Positions 16,132-26,230 of a stretch of 46,518 bases of DNA are shown here, in pieces (the stretch's first letter is position 1; the number at the start of each line of letters is the position of its first letter). The notes under the pieces were generated by a model that was not told the DNA's origin, ran no database searches, and saw only the letters and a list, made by a program, of their open reading frames with translations. A program made the translations under genes and the position numbers. The stretch is from Atractiella rhizophila (Eukaryota), in the NCBI GenBank assembly GCA_021432655.1, contig MU271546.1:1-46518 (forward strand), given 5' to 3'.

Positions 16132-17245
16132 ATGCTTACCACCAGCTCAACAACGAACAAACGCCCTTCTCCTACACCGAACCCCAGCTTCGAGGGTCGA
16201 AAGACGAAGAAGCCAAAGACTTCCCAGACGACGAAAACTAACGAAGAAGAAGGTGTTTTGCCAGTGAAGAAGGCAAAGAACAGGCCAGAGGTCAAGCAGG
16301 ATAAACCGTACCTTCGTCCTCTGCCTCCTGATTTGTGTCTCTACAATGAGCTGAAGGATGCTCTGGGCAAACTTGGCGGAGAAGGAGAAGCGGGGGAAGG
16401 GACCAGGGTGTGGTGGATTCGTAATAAAGATCTCAGATGTATGTCCTTTGCTTCGTTCAGGGGTACAGCATCGTTCCATTGTAAACAATTCAAGTCAATA
16501 CATGTCTTTGCCCGCTTGCATTACGGAGCAGATTGTTTTCAAATGTTGACGTTCACACTGTTGAGCATACCACATCGCGAATCAGAACGAAACTTGCTTG
16601 ACGCATTCTGTGTAGTGCAAATCAATTTCCTTCGCTTGCTATTGACTCTCTGTGAGGTAGCACTGATGCTGACGCGACAAATCAAACAGTACATGACAAC
16701 CACGCTCTATCTCTTGCAACGAGAATTTCCAAGAATGGGTGCTCTGGGGGTCTGATCGCGCTCTACATAATCTCTCCAAGCGACTACAAAGCGCACGACC
16801 GTTCCCCTCGCCGGATCGACTTCATGCTTCGTAACCTCTCCAGCTTGCGGGAAGACCTTCACGCACTCAAAGTTCCGCTTGTAGTCAAGACAGTGGAAAC
16901 GAGAGAAGATGTTCCCACGAAGGTGGTGGAGTGGTGTGAGCAGTGGATGGCGACGGGGTTGTATGGGAATATAGGTTCGTAACACAATTCCTCGAGTATA
17001 GGAAGCAATGTTAACGAGCAATTAGAACATGAAGTTGATGAGTTGAGACGCGACATCCGAGTCTTGAAGATTGCGAAGAAAAAACTTCCAAACCTCCAGG
17101 TTAAGTTTGTCGACGATCACTGCGCCATTGCTCCCCTCACACTTTTGACGAAACAAGGGAAACCGTACACTGTCTACTCTCCTTGGTATCGATCTTACAT
17201 CTCCGCGCTCGACAATGACCCTTCCATGCTCGATCCCTATCCTGA
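16132..17245 (+). CDS. PHR1: Class I CPD DNA photolyase, N-terminal half (continues into the gap)
   Basis: VWWIRNKDLR|VHDNHAL, AHDRSPRRIDFMLRNL, YGNI|EHEVDELRRD and GKPYTVYSPWYR, preceded by a basic N-terminal extension. Confidence 0.88.
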
Positions 17246-18062
17246 NNNNNNNNNNNNNNNNNNNNNNNNNNNNNNNNNNNNNNNNNNNNNNNNNNNNNNN
17301 NNNNNNNNNNNNNNNNNNNNNNNNNNNNNNNNNNNNNNNNNNNNNNNNNNNNNNNNNNNNNNNNNNNNNNNNNNNNNNNNNNNNNNNNNNNNNNNNNNNN
17401 NNNNNNNNNNNNNNNNNNNNNNNNNNNNNNNNNNNNNNNNNNNNNNNNNNNNNNNNNNNNNNNNNNNNNNNNNNNNNNNNNNNNNNNNNNNNNNNNNNNN
17501 NNNNNNNNNNNNNNNNNNNNNNNNNNNNNNNNNNNNNNNNNNNNNNNNNNNNNNNNNNNNNNNNNNNNNNNNNNNNNNNNNNNNNNNNNNNNNNNNNNNN
17601 NNNNNNNNNNNNNNNNNNNNNNNNNNNNNNNNNNNNNNNNNNNNNNNNNNNNNNNNNNNNNNNNNNNNNNNNNNNNNNNNNNNNNNNNNNNNNNNNNNNN
17701 NNNNNNNNNNNNNNNNNNNNNNNNNNNNNNNNNNNNNNNNNNNNNNNNNNNNNNNNNNNNNNNNNNNNNNNNNNNNNNNNNNNNNNNNNNNNNNNNNNNN
17801 NNNNNNNNNNNNNNNNNNNNNNNNNNNNNNNNNNNNNNNNNNNNNNNNNNNNNNNNNNNNNNNNNNNNNNNNNNNNNNNNNNNNNNNNNNNNNNNNNNNN
17901 NNNNNNNNNNNNNNNNNNNNNNNNNNNNNNNNNNNNNNNNNNNNNNNNNNNNNNNNNNNNNNNNNNNNNNNNNNNNNNNNNNNNNNNNNNNNNNNNNNNN
18001 NNNNNNNNNNNNNNNNNNNNNNNNNNNNNNNNNNNNNNNNNNNNNNNNNNNNNNNNNNNNNN
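17246..18062. other. Assembly gap (N run)
   Basis: Run of N bases. Confidence 0.99.
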
Positions 18063-19164
18063 AGTCTCCTTCGCCAGTGCTGGTAGCCTGAACTGTTCGC
18101 TCAAACTGGTAGCGTGAAGAGAGGGTGGATCGTCAGGTGGTTAGAAGGGAAGGGTGGAAGAACCTGCATTGTGGAGTCGACTCTGACGCTGAGGAAGCCT
18201 TATGCGGAACGTAAGAAGCTCTCGAGGCAGCTCTCTTGGGTCACCTTACTGGTTGCCGCGGCGTAGAGCTGCTGGCAGTTTCCTCGGAAGGGAATCGCCT
18301 GAGTTTGGGCTCCACAGCTGCATGTTAGAAGGTCGGGGGCGGAGTAGGTCTGTCCGCAGTAACTACGGCCCACTTTTCAAACTCCTTCAGTCAGCACAGG
18401 AAGGAGAGTCGCTACTGGAGAAACGGAGCGATCTAGAATTGGGTAGGGGGCACTTTGGCTTTGGATGCGACCTTTCGCAGTTTCTCTGGAAAAGACGAGA
18501 AAAGCCGCTGAGCGGTCTCATTATCCATGAGTGCTGGAGCGTAACAATAACGAGCAATCGATTGAAGTTCAACAAGAACGTATAGTGATGGGAGTAAGAG
18601 TATGTAAAGTCTGACGCTCTGAAGCTCCAGACGGAGACAAGAGGAAACAAAGTGACTACTGAATCTAGCAAAAGGAGTCGGTACAACGTAAACAAAAGAA
18701 GTACAGCGTTCTTCTAAATAAATTTCTGTTACGGTAAATGCGGCGGCTTAAAGAACTATTTAGGAGGCGTTTGTGTTAACAAAACTTGTTTCTCATCTTA
18801 CTTTTTGTGGAAAATTGTGTAGCATTTAGTATGAGAAGGACCCGACGCAAGTGTTATTTGTTCTTAGTCTGTCTTTGTTGCTTTCGCTCTCATTCGAGTG
18901 AGAAATTTAGAGCGATTACGGGAAAGAGAGGGGTGAAATACGAGTGGGTTCCGAGGTGTATTGGTCAGAAGGCCTTACGTAGGAATAGGTAAGCCACCTT
19001 TCCTAGTACTTAGCGGAAGGGAAAGTGTAAGAAGTGAAATTCTGCCAGCTGAACAGTCGGAGGAGAGGTCGTCACGTCCTCTATCTTCGCACTTCTGCTT
19101 GTGAGCCCTTAGGTCGCTGCCTATTTCAAAGGGAGGCCCAGCTTGAAGAGTGAGACGTCGTCCC

Positions 19165-21982
19165 CTAATTTATAAAGACTTTATACCGACTCCCAGCGTG
19201 GGACACCTTCGACTGGTAACGGTTGGAGGTAACAACGAAGATGGCGTCGAAGGAGTTGAGGGCTGGGCGATTCTGCTTGGACTGAGGTGGGGCCTGCGGC
19301 GCCAATGAGCTCGAGCCTTGCTTTTCTGCCAGATACTGAGCGAGGGATGGACCAAATGACAGGACGTCATTTCCATTTCCAACCTCTGAAGTAGGTGCTG
19401 TATCGCCCGTCGAACTTGAAGTCTGGAATCCGTTGCTCGTCTTCCGCCTCTTGGAGTTGGGAGGAGACGACGCAGTACCGGATGGCAGGGTATGTTTGGT
19501 GGCAGCAGACGAAGGAGACAGTTGAGACGGTGCGCTTCGTTTCTCATGAACAGCAACTCTTGAAGGGCCACTCTCACTCGATAGACTTGGGGCAAGAAAA
19601 GAGGGTCGAGATGACGAAGGCGGAGGGGCATTTGCTAACTTCTTGTTGAGAACCATTGCAGCTTGCCTCATCGGGGATGTCTTGGGCATTGGTCCAACTC
19701 TTCTCAGGGGACTTTTGAATCTCTTTGGACTGGAAAGGGGCCGCTTTGGGCTTCCTGGAGGTCGCAATGTTGTGCCAGTCTGAGGCACTCGACGAACAGA
19801 ATGACTTCCGCCTTGCAGCATTTCGCCCACCTTCCTTTTGGTAGCTCGAGGATTCTGTCGACAACGAAGGAAGGTAATACAAGCTGTAGTTTGGATAAGA
19901 TATGGGTTCATGTATACTGGCCAGAGAAGGGACAAACCTTGGCAAAGACACTCGTTCCTTTGTGCATGATAAAACCACTTGCTCGTCCTCCTCGTCCCAC
20001 ACTGTCTACACTTCGCATAATCCAGCACGTTCGTCCCATTCAAATCGAAAGTCGGCTCTCTCAGATGAACCCACTTCGTGCTCATGTCCGTGGTCCCTCC
20101 AGGAGTTGGCACATCCGAAAAGACCGAGGCAGGGGTCGGCGCGTCCCATGGTACCGGGGTGCTCTCGCACGGCAACGGACGAAGAGCGGAAGTGGAGGGG
20201 AGCGGAGTGGGAGCGTTCCTCTTTGGCGCATACAGGGCGAGGCCAGCACTTGAACTCCTCGTGGCTCGAGCATCATCCACTACTTCAATAATCTCCATCC
20301 TCTTCACATTACTGCTCTCTTTTGGAGCTGGAGGGGGCGGTGGTGGGTTGGGTTGGGAAAGAGGGAGAAGGGTGGGAAGACCTTTGCTCCGAGCGTGTGG
20401 TGGTAGAGGTCCTGTAAGCTTGGGAGGCGGCAGCACTGGAGGGGTTGACGAATAGTCGGCGGACGCATTGGGGCCTGACCGTCTCCTTCCTGTTTTGCTC
20501 AGAGACGGGCCTGCCTTTGCATTGGCGTTGCGGCTAGAGGACAGATATGTCTGAGAAGAAGCCTTCGGTGGCTCTAGCTTTACGGGAGTGTACATAGAAG
20601 GGTTAGAGTGGACCGGAGTTTGAGAGTTGTTGCTACTATCCCGCTGACCGAGGTTAGATGCTGACGTCGTGCTCGTCGTCGTCAAGGGAAGATGCTCCGC
20701 AGAAAAGCTGAGGAAGTGAGAGGGGTCGGAGAAAGAGGAATGATGATTCCTCAAGAACTTCTCCGGCGCCACAATCGAACCACTGCCCAATTCCTGATTA
20801 GTCTGACGAGTCGAGACCGTTACCGTGTCGCTCGACTGAGACATCTTCTTCACCGGGTCTCCCGACCGCACACGCTCCCTCGGCAGGGATCCGCTGCTCG
20901 CCTTTCGCTCCAGCGACTGAGCCACAGCCGCTGGGATGCTATCCACCCGCTTTCCGCTTTCAGGCGCATCGTTCCCAGACCCCGCGGCTCGAAAGAACTC
21001 TTCCCAACTCATGCCTTCCATCGAGCCGACAACGTCTTGCGCCGGCGGTTGTAGGCTGGCATCGATCGCGCTGCCTCCACCGAAGATGCCGCTGAGGTCG
21101 AGGTGGGCTGATGAGTTGTCGATGCCGTCGAAGAGGGCAGTGTTCGAAAAGTCGAAATGGGGGAAGAGGTCTGAAGAAGAGTCGCCGGAGAGGAAGTTTG
21201 GGAGGTCGGGCATGGACATGGAACACGGGTGCGAAGCCGCGGAGGCTGGAATTGGAAGTTGAGAGGAAGAGGAAATGCCGGTTATGTAGGATGCCATGGT
21301 ATTGACGAACTGCTCTTGTGTGACCGTTTGAGTCTACGATGCGAACAAACTGTTATAGAGCAGGGATGGGATAACTTGAAGGGAATTGACGTACCTCTAC
21401 CAGCAGCAACGAGACCTCGAGCAAGTTTCCCTCGTCTTCCGCTTCATCGTCCTCCGAATCTTCAGACTCGCCATACTCGTTGACGATGCGTCCTATGACC
21501 GTCGTATCGCCCTCATCATTTTCGGCTACGATCCAGCTCAAGAGGCCCTTGCTTTCGAGGACAGACGTGTCCCTTGGATCCTTGTAATACAGCATAAAGT
21601 CTCTATTCTCGGAACCAAGCTCCGGCGCAGAAAGCAGGTCCGGTCTTCACTTCCCATTACCCCTGCCTTGACATAAGTAGGAACAAAGGATGCTCACCTG
21701 GACGAGAAAAGACTAATGACGCAGTTCTTCAGCTTCGTCTTTCCGAACCTCTCCCTTCCCCTCTCCCTCCCGCCTCCATTCTCCTTCTCCCTCCGCGGCT
21801 TCCTCCTCTTGATAACGTCAACCTTCAGCGTCCCTTCCGGTCTGCAACACAGATTGAAGCTCGGGGTATATTCAGGTCCAGGGGCCGTTTTGGAGCTCGA
21901 ATAAAACAGTTTGACTGTACATCCTCAACTCAAAATACAACGATTGAAAGCAGAAAGCACCCACCACCCATGAGTCTGACAT
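19165..21982 (-). CDS. Ams2/Spt21-like transcription factor with a GATA-type zinc finger
   Basis: Spliced N-terminal domain VKLFYS...LCCRP...FGKTKLKNCVISLFSS|RPDL...DFMLYYKD...SKGLLSWIV...VIGRI...LEVSLLLVE|TQTVTQEQFVNTM resembles the Ams2/Spt21 N-terminus. After removing intron 19884-19937 the finger reads CRQC-x18-CQAC. The exact 3' end is uncertain because a further exon toward ~18980 is possible. Confidence 0.72.
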
Positions 21983-23047
21983 TGTTTGGCTTCGCGGTCG
22001 AAGGAAGGGTCGAGGTCTGGACATCCTCCATCGTCGTTCCCGCGTATCAACGCGGAACTGAACAGGAGAGAAGAGCGAAAATCAGCGCCTGTAAAGCGCG
22101 TCACAGCTGCTCTCGAACACTTTAACAGGGAGAAGAAAGCGTCTGAACGTCGTCGTGATTCGGGGTGACGACCCAAACAGCACCCTTATTGCATCCTCAC
22201 GTGACCTCAATCACATATATAAGGTTCGGCCCGCACTTGTTGATTTTTTCATGAACAACGAAAGAAGCGGCGCATAAAGTGAGTGTTTCGTCCTTTTCCT
22301 CGCAAATCAAAGTAGTTTCTGATGTGTGATGGATGGATCAGGTTCGGGTCTTTCATCTATCGAGTTGGAAAGAATCCGCGTTCCAGCGCCGCAGATTGAA
22401 CGTCTGCTTCGCTCACAGTGTGCTCGAGAAGTCGAGGGGAAATCGCCTGGTCTTTCTTTTGTGGGAGGCATGTGGTGGTATGAACTTGGACGGAGCGCGG
22501 TGTGTGATCGGACTACATTTTTATTTGTGATATAGTAATGTGATTATGAAATTTCTGTTTCAGAAGGAGTTTGGATGTGGTGCGAGGCAGTTGGATGGTC
22601 AGAGTTGGGCCAAATTTGCACGGACAGGAGGCAGCTGTTTGCTTATTCACAAGGAAGGGATTTCATGGAGAAAACTAGCTCTGCAGCTTTATGCTCTTGA
22701 GTCTCTGGGTCCAGTTTGAGCCGCTCCTTACTCCATCCAAAACAGAACGAAGGTAATAGGACGACAATCGCTTCAGTTCGAGACCATGCCATCAGTCACG
22801 TATGTAGGGACCTGAGAGATAAGGTATGTGATCGCATGTGAGTAGCAGCATGACCACCACCTCAAACGGCAGATTGCTCACACCGTCGACGGAAAGAGAA
22901 GCGAGAGAGCAAGTGATGAACTGGGAAAGGACCTCACCCGTTCATAACAATCTACACAGTGAGCACAACATAAAGCAAGCTCCCTCTTTCTCCCTTGACC
23001 AAGCAAAGGAACGCACGCCAGTCCCAAATTTTTCACATACATGAATT

Positions 23048-23552
23048 TCACTCATCCGCATCCTTCACCTCCTCCGCCTTCGGAATAGCCCTCAAACTCT
23101 CTCCTCTCATCTTTCCCGCAAAGTCCCACCTCCTCTACCCGAACCAATCCAAACCAAACCAAACCATCCAACACACACGCATCAATACACCACTTCACTG
23201 AGTAGATTAGAGGGAAGAGAAACACACCTCGGTGCTCTTCAACAGTCCTAAACTAAACAGAGGCAGGGCGACGATCCAAAAGACGCTGTGGAAGGTGGTC
23301 CGGGGTGTGAAGCGGAAGGTCTTGTATGAGTTGTCTCGTGCGCGCACCCAGGCGTCTATTGCTGGGTCGAACTAATAAACGTCATGCCGCAACCGTACCA
23401 AGGAGATTGGAAAGTCCTTCTGTCAGTACAGGCATGTTGGCTGGGGAAGGAGGGACTGACTTTGACGGAGTCTGGTTGGTCGGTTAGTTAGTGGGCTCGT
23501 TTAGAATGAGAGGGTAGAGAGACGTACGGTACTCGTGTGGTCCTCCTGCCAT
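23048..23552 (-). CDS. NDUFB4: NADH:ubiquinone oxidoreductase B15 subunit (NDUFB4)
   Basis: MAGGPHE...|FDPAIDAWVRARDNSYKTFRFTPRTT, a single TM segment, then WDFAGKMRGESL. Three introns including a micro-exon. Confidence 0.8.
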
Positions 23553-23706
23553 GTTCACTTTGGCAGAGTCAAACAATATCAATCCTCTAATCGAAATCGT
23601 CGTTTTGTCACCTTGGAGCTCCGTGCGGACGGGTAGTCTTCTATGCTTTCTATAGTTTCTTCCTTCCCGCTTAAAACTCACCCACCAGCAAAACACTGAG
23701 CACAAC

Positions 23707-24851
23707 ATGTCTGCACCTCCACCGCACACGTCCGCATCGACCTCCAGCGGTAAAAAGAAGGCCTTGCCTCCACCTGCGACCCCGGAAGAGACCTACAAAG
23801 CGCTCCAATCACGAATAGCCGCGTGAGTTTTCCCAGTCCAACGCAACTAAACAACCAAATATCGAAAGACGAAGAGAATTGTCCCGCAGAACTTGCTAGC
23901 ATGCCTGCTGAGATGTTGATGTTGTGTAGACGGAGATATTCATGTTGACTTGAGATGTTGATGGAAGCGAAGGTGGAGATGTTGTTGACTTGGGAGGGTT
24001 AGGTAGACTCGAAAGCTCGAACGCTGCGTTGGAGGAGGAGGTTAGGAGGGACGAAAGTGCGGCGAGGGAGAGGTTGGGTGGCGGTGGAGATGGGGATGGG
24101 GAAGTGTTGGGGAAGGGAGAGGTGGAGAGGAAGTACATCGAACTTGTCAGTCTCTCTTCATGCATGCACTCACTTCTTCGGGAAAGGGAAGGTTGAAAAA
24201 TGATTTTGTTTGAAACAGTTCAAGGAGATGAAGAGGAACGAAAGAGAGTGGATGAAGGAGAAGAAGCGGCTCCTGAAAGACAAAGAACTAGGTGTGCCTC
24301 CTTCCCTCTCTTTCCTTCTAACTATGCGCTTACGATTCGGCATCGCATCGATCGACAGTCAAATCCGACCTCACGAAAGCGAATGCGGCGCGGACCAAGC
24401 TCGAGAAGCTCTCGAGGGACCTGACGAAGGAGAACAAGCGCTTGGCGTCCCTTTCCGCCTCTACCTCTACCTCGGCTTCCAATTCCACTTCCACTGTCGC
24501 CGTCGGAGGAGGAGGGGCGAGTGAACGTCGATTGTCAACGTTAGAGGCCGAGGTTGAACAACAATACGAGGTCCATCCTTCTCCCTTCCTATTGTGTGAT
24601 GGTGTGACGTTGGAGAGTGGAACTGATGATGAATGGTGGATGATGGATAGATGAGGGAGAAATACTACGAATGCGTGCTCCGAGCTAAAGATTTGGAGGT
24701 CGCGTTAGAGAGGGCGAGAGGGGAGAAGTGGAGGAGGAGGGCGGAGGAGTTGGTGGGTCTTCTTCCCTCCATCTTTTCTGTTTGGATGCGACTGATTGTT
24801 CGAGCAACGTTGGTGGTGTAGGAGAGGGAGAGGGAGAGGACGAAACGGTAG
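23707..24851 (+). CDS. Taxilin-family coiled-coil protein (short)
   Basis: KYIEL|FKEMKRNERE, KSDLTKANAARTKLEKLSRDLTKENKRL and QYE|MREKYYECVLRAKDLEV match taxilin motifs. The last exon and stop are tentative. Confidence 0.62.
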
Positions 24852-25483
24852 CACTCTTCGGTCTGGTCTACGTCTTTGTTGTCCAATTCGCATGGTGTTC
24901 CAACTGCCAATTTCGAGAAGAGGTATATATACCAAGCGAGAGCGAGGTGACGAAGCTAGGAGAAGCCTGTAGATAGGGAGCGCTCTTCTTTGTTGTGTTT
25001 ATACTTTGCCTTGCGAGGATGATATCAAGCATCAAGCACATCAGGGATCATGAAATATCAATGGGGGTGGAATGGTGAGATAGTAATACAAGATAAATGT
25101 TGCTTGATATTCACATTGAGATTGACATCGTTCACTGCAATGGACTATCCTTCTCTTCTCCATCTCTCATATCCACTTTCTGCGGATCCACCCTCCTCTA
25201 CCTTAACACAAGTCCGAAATATCGCATCATTAGCTCATTTTACGCGCCATTCTTCGCCCCACTCGTCTATCCTCAACTCATATTAACCCGGTCAACACTT
25301 GATAACCAATAGGGAGACTCGGGAACGTTGGGTACAACTCGGCGTAGATGATCATGGTTGAAAGAATGCCGTGATAGTCTGTAGGAGAGAAGAACGCGGA
25401 GAGAGTGGGGTAGATTAGAAGGGACTACGAATCGCTCCTCTCTGTCGGTTCGCCTTTCGAGCTGTCATCCCCAAATTGACAAG

Positions 25484-26062
25484 TCAACACCTGACCGACT
25501 GGTACCATGGGATGGGGGAGCAAGGGTCATGCTTTCTTTCGAACGAGAGATTTTCGCATACGCAACGTAGCCCTCCCATTGCCTTCGCGGCCCTTGAAAA
25601 AAGATTAAGGAAGTTGGAGACGCACCCTTGTGGCCATTCCCGGTTTCCCTCTTGCTCCGACTTCTGCACTTGTCGTCTGAACAGGCTCCTCCCTTGAGGT
25701 GTTTCTGCTTCTACGACGAGTAAAGGCGAATCGAAGGATCGCTGTAACAATGCCTATCGACCCAAACACACCCACCGTCAGCAATTCACATCCAAACTTC
25801 TATTCCAAGTTCATAACTTGAAGACTTCATTACTTCAAATTCTTTTGAAATGACCTGAGAAGACATAAAGACACACCTGTCTACGTATAGATGCCAGCTC
25901 GTCCTCTAGCGCTGTTATCTCGCTGGACGTGGGTTGGGCGGGAAGAGAGCGGAAGAGGAGGCGGGTGTGCTGGAAGAAGTAGGTGCGGAAGTTGTACGAC
26001 GGGAAAGAGAGCGCGGCGCGGAGTGTGCGTCTGTACAATGTTCGTAGGCTGGTAGAAGACAT
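25484..26062 (-). CDS. ISD11: LYR-motif protein Isd11/LYRM4 (Fe-S cluster assembly)
   Basis: LRTLYRRTLRAALSFPSYNFRTYF...LASIRRQ|ALLQRSFDSPLLVVE. The 3' end is uncertain. Confidence 0.72.
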
Positions 26063-26230
26063 CCTTTCTGGCCTTTCAGACTATTTACCTCACTCTCAAT
26101 ATTCTGGATCTTGAATCGCTTCGTTGATTTGCTTTGCCTTGGTTTGGTTTGCTGGTTTGGTGGGAGAACTTAAAGTTGGCACAGTATCCGGCCGCAGGAA
26201 AGATCAAATCCAGCGAGTTTGAAAGGAGAG

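Noticed and set aside
13503..18117. Long ORFs in the track that span N runs
   Set aside because: These are artefacts of translating assembly gaps.
18063..18528. Possible minus-strand multi-exon gene starting MDNETAQRLFSSFPEKLRK
   Set aside because: Splice-like signals exist, but I could not build a unique consistent model or recognise a product.
22190..22830. Possible ncRNA downstream of TCACGTGA and a TATA-like element
   Set aside because: No tRNA, snRNA or C/D box pattern was recognised. It is more simply read as the promoter of the GATA factor gene.
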